Of a stretch of DNA of 64,000 nucleotides, positions 28,742 to 38,609 are shown piece by piece (the stretch's first letter is position 1; each line of letters starts with the position of its first letter). Source of the stretch: Caldisericaceae bacterium (GTDB lineage Bacteria; Caldisericota; Caldisericia; Caldisericales; Caldisericaceae). The stretch is taken from contig JBMFRX010000005.1 of NCBI GenBank assembly GCA_049967855.1, positions 15,344-79,343 on the forward strand. The letters run 5' to 3'. Both the position numbers and the translations under genes were made by a program. Below the pieces are notes generated by a model, which was given only the letters and a program-made list of their open reading frames with translations, searched no databases and was not told the DNA's origin.

Positions 28742-29808
28742 TGCCTCCTTTTTGTTACATAGTGAACTGAATAACGCAGGAAGATTTCGCTGCCGATGAG
28801 GGCAAAAAGTATAGCGCTCTCAATCACAGAAACAATACCAAATGGAACCTGCATAGTTATCTGAATCTGATAACCTCCTGCAGCAAGTGCTCCTAAGAGT
28901 AGAGAAACAAAAACTGCCGTGAAGGGCTCAAGGTAAGAAAGCCAGGCAGCTATAATGGCAGTGTAGCCGTAATCAGGGTTTATTTCGATTTGCATCAGGT
29001 GTATAACGCCAGAAACCTGCGCCATCCCTGCAAGCCCAGCGAGGGCACCACTTATTAGCATTGCTATGATTATGTTTCTCTTAACATTGATTCCTGCGTA
29101 GAGAGCAGCATCCTTGCTTCCGCCAATAATCCTCATCTCGTAGCCAAGTCTTGTTTTCTTGATAATATACCAGATTATTAGGGCAGCAACTATTCCAAAT
29201 ATCAAGCCAAGGTGGACTCTTGAATTTGGGATAATTTTGTAGAGCTGCGCGTTATTCGGGAACATTTTCGAAAGCGGAAAGCCATGACTTGTTGGGTCTC
29301 TCCAAGGACCGTACATAAGGTACTTCAGGAAGTAGAGCGCTACATAGTTGAGGAGCAGAGTACTTATTACTTCGTTTACATCCCAGTACGCTTTCAACAC
29401 CGCAGGGATAAAAGCCCAAAAGGCACCACCTATCATTCCAGCAATGACCATTATCAGAAGAAACAAAGGCTTCGACGTTGAAGGTGGGAGAAAAAGTGCA
29501 AAATATGCACTTGCAATAGCTCCTACTATGTACTGGCCATATGCTCCAATGTTCCAGAAGTTCATCTTGAAAACCAGTATCAAGCCAACGGAGATTAGTA
29601 TCAATGGAGTCGCAAAGACAAGTGTTTCTGTGAAAGTATATTTACTTCCAAAAGAACCTATTATTATTGCCTTGAAAGCTGACAAGGGATTTATTCCTGC
29701 AAGTGCTATTGCAATAGCTCCAATAATCAAGCCAATCAAAACTGATATCAAAGGAATAAGCACTCTTAATTTAGTGGGAGTGTTTTCTCTTTTCTCAAAT
29801 TTAAGCAT
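28738..29808 (-). CDS. Nucleoside/purine ABC transporter permease (NupB-like)
   Basis: WNIGAYGQ, NEVISTLLLNY, TRLGYE, YGYTAI. Start taken as MLKFEK. Confidence 0.9.
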   Translation of the reverse strand: MLKFEKRENTPTKLRVLIPLISVLIGLIIGAIAIALAGINPLSAFKAIIIGSFGSKYTFTETLVFATPLILISVGLILVFKMNFWNIGAYGQYIVGAIASAYFALFLPPSTSKPLFLLIMVIAGMIGGAFWAFIPAVLKAYWDVNEVISTLLLNYVALYFLKYLMYGPWRDPTSHGFPLSKMFPNNAQLYKIIPNSRVHLGLIFGIVAALIIWYIIKKTRLGYEMRIIGGSKDAALYAGINVKRNIIIAMLISGALAGLAGMAQVSGVIHLMQIEINPDYGYTAIIAAWLSYLEPFTAVFVSLLLGALAAGGYQIQITMQVPFGIVSVIESAILFALIGSEIFLRYSVHYVTKRRQ

Positions 29809-31339
29809 AGGAAGCTCCTTTCGCATTTTCAGTTGACTTTGAACCGCCCATCAGTAAGCCAATTTCATCAATATTTGCGTTTTTGCCTTCAAATATACCT
29901 GTCATTTTTCCGCCGTACATCACACCGATTCTGTCTGATATCATTAGCAGTTCGTCGAGGTCCTCAGAGATAAGAAGCACTGCCGCGCCATTGTCGCGTG
30001 CCTCAAGCAATTTTTTACGTACGAATTCTGTTGAACCTATATCAAGGCCTCGTGTAGGGTGAACAGCTATCAAGAGGACAGGGTCTTCTTTTATTTCCCT
30101 TGCAAGCAGGAGCTTCTGCATATTTCCGCCTGAAAGCAGCTTTACAGGAGCATCTATTCTGGGGACGACGATGTTGAACTCTTCAACGAGTCTGTTTGTG
30201 TATTCCTGGGCTTGTCTGAAGTCTATCAGGCCTTTTGTCCCAACTGGCCTCCTCTTGTAGCAACGGAGTATAGCATTTTCAACAGACGATAAAGTTGGAA
30301 CAAGGCCAGTCCTTAAACGATCTGCTGGTATGTAGTTTACCTTCAAGGCAATAATTCTTGAGGGCGAATGGTTTGTAATGTCAGCACCATTTAGAAATAA
30401 TCTTCCTGAATAAGCTTTTCTCAGCCCGGTAATAACTTCTGCAAGCTCTTCCTGACCGTTACCTGCCACACCTGCTATGCCGAAAACCTCGCCGCTATTA
30501 ACCGAGAAACTCAAACCATTGACTGTCTTGATGCCTCTATTGTTATATGATTCAAGTTTCTCAACTCTCAGAACTTCTTTTCTATTTTCAATTTGCTTTA
30601 TATCAAATCTGAATAGCACTTCTCGCCCTACCATCATTTGAGCAAGTTCGTGCTCATTGGTTTCGCTCCTATTAACGGTACCAACAACCTTACCCTTTTT
30701 GAGTACTGTGATCCTGTCTGAAATATTAAGGACTTCCTCAAGCTTGTGGCTTATGAAAACTATTGATTTTCCGTCTGATCTTATTTTGTTTATTATCGAA
30801 AACAATGAATCTATTTCTTTTGGAGTGAGGACAGCCGTTGGTTCATCAAGAATCAATATTTTCGCGCCTCTGTAAAGCATCTTAATTATCTCGGCTCTTT
30901 GCTGCTCTCCGACTGATAATTGCCAGATTTTCGAAAAAGGGCTAATTTGCAGATTGTATCTTTCGGAGATGTCGGAGATGCTTTTTGCAATTTTTTTGCT
31001 ATCTACAACAAATCCTTGCCTCTGAAAGCCAAGCACTATATTCTCAGCAACAGTCAAAGTATCCACAAGCATAAAGTGCTGGTGAATCATACCAATGCCG
31101 AGTTTCATAGAATCGACTGGTGAATTGATATCTGCTTTTTTGCCATCAATGTAAATGTCTCCTTCATTAGGATAATAAAGTCCGTCGAGGACATTCATCA
31201 GAGTTGTCTTGCCAGCGCCGTTTTCACCGAGAAGGGTATGAACCTCTCCTTCATATAGGTCGAAATTAACATGGTCATTTGCTACAACCCCTGGAAAATG
31301 CTTTGTTATGTTTTTCGCTTCAAGAACCGTTTTTCTCAT
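29801..31339 (-). CDS. Nucleoside/purine ABC transporter ATP-binding protein (tandem NBD)
   Basis: GENGAGKT, HQHFML, LDEPT, LSGGNMQK, PTRGLD. Confidence 0.93.
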   Translation of the reverse strand: MRKTVLEAKNITKHFPGVVANDHVNFDLYEGEVHTLLGENGAGKTTLMNVLDGLYYPNEGDIYIDGKKADINSPVDSMKLGIGMIHQHFMLVDTLTVAENIVLGFQRQGFVVDSKKIAKSISDISERYNLQISPFSKIWQLSVGEQQRAEIIKMLYRGAKILILDEPTAVLTPKEIDSLFSIINKIRSDGKSIVFISHKLEEVLNISDRITVLKKGKVVGTVNRSETNEHELAQMMVGREVLFRFDIKQIENRKEVLRVEKLESYNNRGIKTVNGLSFSVNSGEVFGIAGVAGNGQEELAEVITGLRKAYSGRLFLNGADITNHSPSRIIALKVNYIPADRLRTGLVPTLSSVENAILRCYKRRPVGTKGLIDFRQAQEYTNRLVEEFNIVVPRIDAPVKLLSGGNMQKLLLAREIKEDPVLLIAVHPTRGLDIGSTEFVRKKLLEARDNGAAVLLISEDLDELLMISDRIGVMYGGKMTGIFEGKNANIDEIGLLMGGSKSTENAKGASYA

Positions 31340-31361
31340 CTTCTCACCTTAGCCTCTGTTT

Positions 31362-31396
31362 ATAAAAATATGCCCCGTTGGTTGATTAACGGGGCA
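31362..31396 (-). terminator. Intercistronic terminator after the BMP lipoprotein gene
   Basis: Minus strand TGCCCCGTT-loop-AACGGGGCA followed by TATTTTT. Confidence 0.75.
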
Positions 31397-31410
31397 CGAT
31401 AATTACAAAG

Positions 31411-32517
31411 TTAAGAGCCGCTCTTTGGGATTGTTCCTACTACTCCTTGAACAAACCACTGCAAACTGAGCTGGTCTGCGTCTGAAAGCCTTTCGCCAGC
31501 TTTGACCATAAGTTTCCCACTCTGGTCGTAGATTGGCCCATCAAATGGGTCATACTTACCATCAAGAATATCTTGTTTTCTCTTGTTAACATAGTCCTGG
31601 ACGTTTGCTGGAACAAAGGAGGCCATTGGAGCTAAGTCGACGATACCGTCTTTCATGCCACCCCAATATGAATCTGACTTCCACGTACCGTTATGAACTG
31701 CCTCAAGCACTTGTTTGTAGTAAACCCCCCAGTGCCAGATACGAGATGTCAAAACAGCTTTTGGCGCCGCAGAGGACATATCGTTGTCATAGCCTATGCC
31801 GTATTTGCCTGCTTTTTCTGCTTCGACAAGAGGTGCTGGGTCGTCAACTCCGCTTGCAATAATATCAGCACCGCTCGCAAGGAAAGTGTCAGCAGCCTGA
31901 GCCTCTTTGGTTGGGTCAAACCATGAGTTGGTGTAAACCACGTGAACTTCTGCTTTTGGATTTACTTCTCTTACGCCAATGGTGAAGGAGTCGATTTCTC
32001 TAATAACCTCAGGCGTAGAGAATGGTGCCACGAAGCCAATATAATTAGACTTTGTCATCATTCCTGCGACAAGTCCTGACAAATAATCAGGCTGTTCCAT
32101 TCTGCCGAAATAATTGCCCATATTTGGCAGGGTTTTGTAGCCTGAACAGTGTTCAAAGATTACATCAGGATAATCTTTAGCAACATTATATGTAGGATCC
32201 ATAAAGCCAAAACTTGTTGTAAAGATAACCTTGTACCCCTGGTTAGCATAGTCCCTGAGGACTTTCTCGCATTCAGAGCCTTCTGGCACGTTCTCAGAAT
32301 AAGCAGTCTGAACATAAGGAAGCTGCTGCTCGAGATAGAGCCTTCCGTCATCGTGTGCCTGGGTCCACCCGCCATCATTCTTTGGGCCAACATAAATAAA
32401 GGCAACTTTAATCTTTTCCTCAGGTTTAGTAGCTTGCTTTGTACTGCAGCCAGCAAAAACCGAAGAAATCATTACCACTAAAAGCAACACTGCTAAGACT
32501 TTTAGTTTCTTGCTCAT
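31411..32517 (-). CDS. BMP-family purine/nucleoside-binding lipoprotein
   Basis: Lipobox FAGC; YVGP..DGGWT.AH, TSFGFMD, SWFDP.KE. Confidence 0.92.
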   Translation of the reverse strand: MSKKLKVLAVLLLVVMISSVFAGCSTKQATKPEEKIKVAFIYVGPKNDGGWTQAHDDGRLYLEQQLPYVQTAYSENVPEGSECEKVLRDYANQGYKVIFTTSFGFMDPTYNVAKDYPDVIFEHCSGYKTLPNMGNYFGRMEQPDYLSGLVAGMMTKSNYIGFVAPFSTPEVIREIDSFTIGVREVNPKAEVHVVYTNSWFDPTKEAQAADTFLASGADIIASGVDDPAPLVEAEKAGKYGIGYDNDMSSAAPKAVLTSRIWHWGVYYKQVLEAVHNGTWKSDSYWGGMKDGIVDLAPMASFVPANVQDYVNKRKQDILDGKYDPFDGPIYDQSGKLMVKAGERLSDADQLSLQWFVQGVVGTIPKSGS

Positions 32518-32583
32518 ACTTACCTCCTATTTAGTTTTTTAAAAGACTGATAGAATTGCTAACTTAATTTTCAAACACGTTAT

Positions 32584-32611
32584 ATTGTAATATTAATTGC
32601 GATTTAGTCAA
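32584..32611 (-). promoter_or_regulatory. sigma70-type promoter of the BMP-ABC operon
   Basis: TTGACT-16 bp-TACAAT. Confidence 0.65.
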
Positions 32612-32639
32612 AATGCTTTGGAACGCCTTATTTTTGTTA

Positions 32640-34016
32640 CTATAAAGCACTCTTTACATACCTTCCGTATCCTCTTTTGCCAACGACACCAACTGAGTCG
32701 TCAAAAACCAATTCACCTCTTACAAATGTTTTCTTCACTTTGCCTACGAGCTTTTGCCTGTCGATAACCGAGTATTTGCCTTTGCTCTCAAGCAACTCTG
32801 CTTGAACAGTCCACTCTTCGTCAGGATCAATAAAAACTAAATCAGCATCTGACCCAATTGCCAGCGAGCCTTTCTTTGGGTATAGTCCATAACGTTTTGC
32901 GGCATTTGTTGAAAGAAGTTCCTGAATCTTGCTCAGCGTGAGTTTGGAAGAGTGAAACCCGAAGTTCAGGAGTATCGGTGCCATCAACTGTGTTCCTGGA
33001 ATGCCAGCATAATTCTCAAAAAAATCTTCACTACTCTTTTCTTTTGGATATTGCGCTGCTGCGTGGTCGCTTGCTACAAAGCTTATAATGCCTTTCTTGA
33101 GTCCTTCCCACAGTGCATCGCGGTCTTCTTCGTAGCGCACAGGTGGAGCAGTTTTAAGTATTGGCCCAAGCCTCACATAATCTTGAGATACAAAAAGCAG
33201 ATAATGAGGGCATGTTTCAGTGGTTATGTCAATCTGACGGGATTTTGCCCACTCTATGACATTTAGCCCTGCTTTTGAAGAGAGGTGAACGATGTGAAGT
33301 TTGTTGCCAACTTTCTCTGCGATGCTTGCAACAGTCCATATTGCAACAGGCTCTGCCCCGTAAACTCTTGCTTCAGGCCAGCTTGCTGGGTCTTTGCGTC
33401 CAAGTGAACGCAGGTATTGCGTGTAATAATCTACGAGATAAAAATCTTCAGAATGCACAGCGCAAACAACGTTTAAATCTTTTAGAAGCCTGAATGCTTT
33501 GTCCATAAGCGGAACAGGCATTCTTGGATAAGTATCCATTCCAGAAATAGTATAAAACTTTACTCCAACGATTCCTCTTTGATGCAAATCTCTGAGACTT
33601 GTAAGATACTCTCCTGATTCTACTTGAGATGGTGTCACTCCTCCCCAGAAGGCAAAGTCGACATAAGCCTTAACACTTACAATGTTTAGCTTATTATCAA
33701 AGTTTTCTGCTGTTGTAACAGGAGGGACAGAAGTACAGGGCATATCAATGACTGTTGTAATTCCGCCTGCGGCTGCGCTTCTTGTGCCTGTCTCAAAATC
33801 CTCTCTTTGGGTGTAACCTGGGTCGTCGAAATGCACGTGGGGATCTATAAAGCCTGGCATTATTATTGCATTGTGAGCGTCAATTTCCTTTTCAACCTGC
33901 GTTGAAGTATGTTCAAAGGGAAATATGGAGTTTATTTTGCCATCTTCTATATAAATGGTTGCCTTCTCTAATTCGTTCTCCTGCTTTACAAGAAAGCCGT
34001 TTTTTATCCTGATCAT
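32640..34016 (-). CDS. Cyclic amidohydrolase (allantoinase/dihydropyrimidinase family)
   Basis: IDPHVH, SAAAGGITTVIDMP, VHSE, HIVHLS, ETCPHYL, SDHA, DADLV. Confidence 0.85.
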   Translation of the reverse strand: MIRIKNGFLVKQENELEKATIYIEDGKINSIFPFEHTSTQVEKEIDAHNAIIMPGFIDPHVHFDDPGYTQREDFETGTRSAAAGGITTVIDMPCTSVPPVTTAENFDNKLNIVSVKAYVDFAFWGGVTPSQVESGEYLTSLRDLHQRGIVGVKFYTISGMDTYPRMPVPLMDKAFRLLKDLNVVCAVHSEDFYLVDYYTQYLRSLGRKDPASWPEARVYGAEPVAIWTVASIAEKVGNKLHIVHLSSKAGLNVIEWAKSRQIDITTETCPHYLLFVSQDYVRLGPILKTAPPVRYEEDRDALWEGLKKGIISFVASDHAAAQYPKEKSSEDFFENYAGIPGTQLMAPILLNFGFHSSKLTLSKIQELLSTNAAKRYGLYPKKGSLAIGSDADLVFIDPDEEWTVQAELLESKGKYSVIDRQKLVGKVKKTFVRGELVFDDSVGVVGKRGYGRYVKSAL

Positions 34017-35744
34017 CTACTCCTCCAGAAAAAGAGGAACAAACTCAAATTTATCAACATCCACAAGGCCTTTGTCTGTAATCTTGAGTTTGGGTATCAC
34101 AGGCAACGCCATAAAAGCGAGAGTCATAAAAGGATCGCTTATTGTAGCCTTGTTCTCTTGCTTGACAAGGCTATGCAATTCTTTGAGGGAATCTGCTACC
34201 TCTTCCAAAGGCCGATTGGTCATCAATCCACCGTACGGAAGAGCAAGGGAAGCAAGCACTTTGCCATCCTTTGTTATGGCAATTCCTCCGCCCATTGCTT
34301 CAAGCTGCGCCACAGCTAGTAAAATGTCTGCATCATTTACTCCTGCGGCTATAATATTGTGAGAATCGTGCGCAATTGACGTAGCAAATGCTCCGTTCTT
34401 GATGCCGATTCCGTTGATGAATCCGCACATCACATTACCGGTGGCATGGTGCCTCTCGAAAACAGCTATCTTTATGACATCACGTTGAGTGTCTGATACA
34501 GCATTTCCTTCAACGACCTTCGGCTCTACGATGAGTTCATCGGTAAGAACAGAGTCAGGGATAGTTTTTATTACTCTCATTTTGTTACCTTTTGCTTTGA
34601 CAATGAGTTTATCAAAAGTTGCCTGCTTAAGATTTATTGTGTTCTTTACTGCATCCTCGTGAAAAGCAACATCGGTATTGAAAAATGCTCTCCCTTCTTT
34701 TGCAACTTGCCTGCCATTTTTCAAAACTGATTGAATCTTGAGAACATCGTCGAAGATTGCAATGTCGGCAACAAAACCTGGAGCAATACCGCCCTTCCTT
34801 CTAAACCCAAAGAAACTCGAGGGGTTCAGAGTTGCAAGTCTCACCGCGACAGGCAGAGGGATGTTGTTCTTCTCGAGTAAATGTATGGCATAGTTAATGT
34901 TTCCTTCAAAAAGCAAGTCCTCAGGATGCTTGTCGTCTGAACACAGCATAATCCTGTGTTTTGTTTTGTCAGAAATGATTGGCATAAGGCGTAATACGTC
35001 ACGTGTTACAGAGCCTTCCCTCATCATTATGTACATTCCCTTTGACAATTTCTCAAGTGCTTCTTCTGGAGTTGTGCATTCGTGGTCTGCCATTACACCA
35101 GCTGTAAGATAAGCATTAAGGTCATTGCCAGAAAGCCCTGGAGAATGTCCGTCGATAATCGTATCGTAGAACAAACTGACCTTGTCCATCACTTCTGGCG
35201 ACCTGTGCAGTACCCCAGGGTAGTTCATTAGCTCGGCAAGGCCCAAAACTCTTTCGTTGCCTTTAAGTATTTGCAGGTCTTCTGCATAAAGGTGTGCCCC
35301 TGAAGTTTCAAAACTTGTTGCAGGAACGCAACTTGAAAGGAGAAAATAGATGTCAACAGGCAGGTTTTTGGAGGAATTAAGCATAAATTGAATCCCTGGT
35401 ATCCCTGCAACGTTTGCAATTTCGTGAGGGTCTGCTACAACGGTTGTAGTTCCAAGCGGAAGCACGGCTTTTGCAAACTCAGGCGGAATGAGCATTGTGC
35501 TCTCTATGTGAAGGTGAGAATCAATAAATGAAGGAGAAATAAATGCCCCGTCAACGTCTATTACCTCTTTCGCGCTTTCGTAATCTCCAACGCCTGCGAT
35601 TCTACCTTTGTGGATTAAGACATTTTTCTTCTCAATCTCTTCATTAAAAACATTTATCAGGCGTCCGTTGGTAAGTAGAGTGTCTCCCAACCGTTCTCCT
35701 CTTGCAACTTCAATTAGCTCGGCCAGGTCTTCTTTAGAGATCAT
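34017..35744 (-). CDS. ade: Adenine deaminase
   Basis: DSHLHIES, DPHEIANV, AELMN, DGHSP, DHEC, REGS, AHDSHN, LPVIP. Confidence 0.95.
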   Translation of the reverse strand: MISKEDLAELIEVARGERLGDTLLTNGRLINVFNEEIEKKNVLIHKGRIAGVGDYESAKEVIDVDGAFISPSFIDSHLHIESTMLIPPEFAKAVLPLGTTTVVADPHEIANVAGIPGIQFMLNSSKNLPVDIYFLLSSCVPATSFETSGAHLYAEDLQILKGNERVLGLAELMNYPGVLHRSPEVMDKVSLFYDTIIDGHSPGLSGNDLNAYLTAGVMADHECTTPEEALEKLSKGMYIMMREGSVTRDVLRLMPIISDKTKHRIMLCSDDKHPEDLLFEGNINYAIHLLEKNNIPLPVAVRLATLNPSSFFGFRRKGGIAPGFVADIAIFDDVLKIQSVLKNGRQVAKEGRAFFNTDVAFHEDAVKNTINLKQATFDKLIVKAKGNKMRVIKTIPDSVLTDELIVEPKVVEGNAVSDTQRDVIKIAVFERHHATGNVMCGFINGIGIKNGAFATSIAHDSHNIIAAGVNDADILLAVAQLEAMGGGIAITKDGKVLASLALPYGGLMTNRPLEEVADSLKELHSLVKQENKATISDPFMTLAFMALPVIPKLKITDKGLVDVDKFEFVPLFLEE

Positions 35745-35771
35745 CTTTTGCCTCTTTCGTTTGAGGAGAAC

Positions 35772-37103
35772 TTAAGATTCCATTTTCCGCCAGAGCGTTC
35801 TGGCAACTTCCATAGACTTTTTCATTATCTCTTCCTCATCAAACTTGGTGAAATTGTGATTATCAAGAACAGCTTCCCCGTTTATGAAAACTGATGAAAC
35901 TGCACTGTCCCTCAACCCAAAAATTAGGTGCCCAAAGAAGTTATCGCTGTTCAATGGGGTGGGAGGATAGTAATCAAGAGCAACAAAATCCGCATAAGCC
36001 CCTTCTTTTATTACCCCAAGAGGAGCTCTAAAGAATTTAGAGAAAATTTTACTATTATTCTCAAAAAGCATTTTCTTGGCAAGTTGCCATCCCACTTGAG
36101 GGTCTCTATAAACAAGTTTAGGAAGTATATAAGCCACTTTTACCGATTCAAGCATCGATGGAGTATAACCGTCAGTTCCCAGGCCGACAACTATGCCTTC
36201 ATTGTCCATTTCAAGCACTGGTGGCACTCCAACGGCGTTATTCATATTTGATTCGGGATTGTGTACAACCATAGTCTCCGTTTCCCTTAGGAGTTCTATT
36301 TCTTTGCTATCGATGTGCACGCAGTGTACTGCAAGGGTTTTGTTTCCGAGGATACCAAAGTCGTTTAATCTGAAAAGAACTCTCTTTCCCGACCTTTCAA
36401 GTGAGTCTTCAACGTCTTCTATTCCTTCTGCAACGTGCACGTGGAATCCTGAATTAAGGGAACTTTCATACTCCTTCGCCAGCCTCAGAGTGTCATCTGA
36501 CAAGGTAAGTGAAGCATGCAGTCCAAAAGAAGCTGCAACAGAATTTCTGTCTTTTTCTTTCTTTATAAACCTTACGTTCTCTAAAATGGATTGCTTTGCA
36601 AGTTCTGTCCCCCATCTGTCAGAAACCTCATAAGCAAGAACACCTCTTACTCCTGTTTTATTGAGGGCTTCCTCAAGTATGTCGAGGCTGCCATCGACCA
36701 TTCCAAATGAGGCGTGATGGTCAATTATTGAGGTCGTACCGCTCTTTATCCCTTCAAGGAGAGCCACCAGGGCACTGTAAAATATCTCATCGTAGGTCGA
36801 GAGGTTCCTGTCAAGCTTCCACCAAATCTGCTTAAGAATGTCAACAAAAGTCCTTGGAGTTGCTCCACTAAAGCCATACCCTCTTGCAAAAGTGCTGTAA
36901 AGGTGCATATGTGTATTTAATAGCCCAGGTATAACGAGTTTACTATGCATATTAATGAATTCGGCGTCTGGAAAAGCTTTTAAGAGAGTTTCAGTTTGGG
37001 CGATTGATATAATTTTCCCGTTGTCTTCAAGGATTGCACCATTTGCAAGAAATGGGAGAGTTTCATCAAGAGTTACCAGAGAACAATTTCCTATAATTTT
37101 CAT
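35772..37103 (-). CDS. ssnA: SsnA-type aminohydrolase
   Basis: NTHMHLYSTFARG, WWKLD, DHHAS, YEVSDR, GLHAS, HVHVAEG, HNPESNMNN, GTDG. Confidence 0.85.
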   Translation of the reverse strand: MKIIGNCSLVTLDETLPFLANGAILEDNGKIISIAQTETLLKAFPDAEFINMHSKLVIPGLLNTHMHLYSTFARGYGFSGATPRTFVDILKQIWWKLDRNLSTYDEIFYSALVALLEGIKSGTTSIIDHHASFGMVDGSLDILEEALNKTGVRGVLAYEVSDRWGTELAKQSILENVRFIKKEKDRNSVAASFGLHASLTLSDDTLRLAKEYESSLNSGFHVHVAEGIEDVEDSLERSGKRVLFRLNDFGILGNKTLAVHCVHIDSKEIELLRETETMVVHNPESNMNNAVGVPPVLEMDNEGIVVGLGTDGYTPSMLESVKVAYILPKLVYRDPQVGWQLAKKMLFENNSKIFSKFFRAPLGVIKEGAYADFVALDYYPPTPLNSDNFFGHLIFGLRDSAVSSVFINGEAVLDNHNFTKFDEEEIMKKSMEVARTLWRKMES

Positions 37104-37115
37104 TTTTTCCTCCAG

Positions 37116-37397
37116 TTAAATTAGTTCAGTGTTGAAGTTTATCACCTTTACGCGTAGATCCGATTCGATAAAGGTTACAACTGACGCAAGCGTAGAATTT
37201 AGATGAGAGCCTTCTGTATTTACGCTAACGATGGCAAGCTGTGCATATCTCACTGAGTTTAGTTTTCCCACTTCTGCTACTGAAACATTGTAGCTGGCTC
37301 TTATCTTTGCGAGCAGACTCAGCACAACAGAACGCTTCTCTTTAAGCGAGAAAGAATCTAAAACTTCAATGTCAATGGTGCACAGCCCTATTCTCAT
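37116..37397 (-). CDS. DUF503 / YlxP-family protein
   Basis: SLKEKR...YNVSVAEV signature. Confidence 0.85.
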   Translation of the reverse strand: MRIGLCTIDIEVLDSFSLKEKRSVVLSLLAKIRASYNVSVAEVGKLNSVRYAQLAIVSVNTEGSHLNSTLASVVTFIESDLRVKVINFNTELI

Positions 37398-38509
37398 TAA
37401 AGAATTGCTTTTTCAGTATCCTTGTCAAAAATATTAATCTTTGAGATATCAACAAAGAGTGTGACTTTCTGTCCCATCTTGTAATCTTCGTTCGCACTCA
37501 TTCTTGCGACGCACAAGGAGTCGTTCACTCTGAAGTGCACAAACGTTTCAGAACCCATAAGCTCTACGAAATCTATAGTAATATCCAGTTTTTGCATCAC
37601 TGACTTATCAAGACCTTCTATTTCTTTCGGAAGATAGAAGTCTTTAGCTCTAACTCCCAAAAGTACTGATTTGTTGCCGAGCTTTGCTTCTTCAATCTTT
37701 TGCGCCTGATCTTTCATCAGCTTTACTGAAATGTCCTTGTTCTTGAGGTACAGTTCTCCGCCTTCCTGTGATACTTCAGTGTCAATAAAGTTCATTGGAG
37801 GAGTTCCTATGAAACCTGCGACAAATTTATTCACAGGTTTGTCAAATACGTCTTTAGGCGTCCCTATCTGCTGTATTAGACCCTTATTCATAACTACAAC
37901 TCTGTCGCCAAGAGTCATTGCCTCGGTTTGGTCGTGTGTTACGTAAACGGTTGTTACTCCAAGCCTTTCGTGCAATCGAATAAGTTCGCCTCTTGTCTGG
38001 ACTCTCAGTTTTGCATCGAGGTTTGATAATGGTTCGTCCATCAAGAAAACTTGTGGGTCTCTTACGATTGCTCTTGCCAGAGCAACTCTTTGTCTTTGAC
38101 CTCCAGAGAGCTCCTTTGGCTTCCTAGTGAGTAAGTTCTCAAGGCCAAGCATACCTGCAACTTCCTTTACTTTCTTATCAATTACATCTTTAGGGACCTT
38201 ACGCATAGTTAATCCGAAGGAGATATTTTGATAAACATTCATATGGGGATAAAGTGCATAGCTCTGAAATACCATTGCAATATTTCTGTCTTTTGGAGCT
38301 ACTTCGTTAACAACTCTGTTTCCGATGTAGATAGTTCCGCTACTAAGTTCCTCAAGCCCTGCGATAAGCCTTAGGGTAGTTGTTTTGCCGCAACCCGACG
38401 GCCCTAACAAGACAAGGAACTCACCGTCTTTGACGTTTAAGCTAATGTTATCAACCGCAATAACTGAACCAAACTTTTTTGTAACATTTTCCAACATTAC
38501 TTCTGCCAT
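37397..38509 (-). CDS. Carbohydrate ABC transporter ATPase (MsmX/MalK/UgpC family)
   Basis: GPSGCGKTT, VFQSYALYPH, LSGGQRQR, DEPLSNLD, TOBE C-terminus. Confidence 0.93.
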   Translation of the reverse strand: MAEVMLENVTKKFGSVIAVDNISLNVKDGEFLVLLGPSGCGKTTTLRLIAGLEELSSGTIYIGNRVVNEVAPKDRNIAMVFQSYALYPHMNVYQNISFGLTMRKVPKDVIDKKVKEVAGMLGLENLLTRKPKELSGGQRQRVALARAIVRDPQVFLMDEPLSNLDAKLRVQTRGELIRLHERLGVTTVYVTHDQTEAMTLGDRVVVMNKGLIQQIGTPKDVFDKPVNKFVAGFIGTPPMNFIDTEVSQEGGELYLKNKDISVKLMKDQAQKIEEAKLGNKSVLLGVRAKDFYLPKEIEGLDKSVMQKLDITIDFVELMGSETFVHFRVNDSLCVARMSANEDYKMGQKVTLFVDISKINIFDKDTEKAIL

Positions 38510-38544
38510 TGCATCCTCCTAATTTATAACATAATGTAATTAAT

Positions 38545-38572
38545 TTGTAAATTTAGCGATTTTATATAAAAT
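38545..38572 (+). promoter_or_regulatory. sigma70-type promoter of the GH57 gene
   Basis: TTGTAA-16 bp-TAAAAT. Confidence 0.5.
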
Positions 38573-38609
38573 ATGATAATCAAAATTCAAAAAAAAACAA
38601 AGGAGTAGT

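Noticed and set aside
32518..32639. Purine riboswitch ahead of the BMP transporter
   Set aside because: The leader is only about 60 nt, AT-rich, with no aptamer consensus or expression-platform hairpin.
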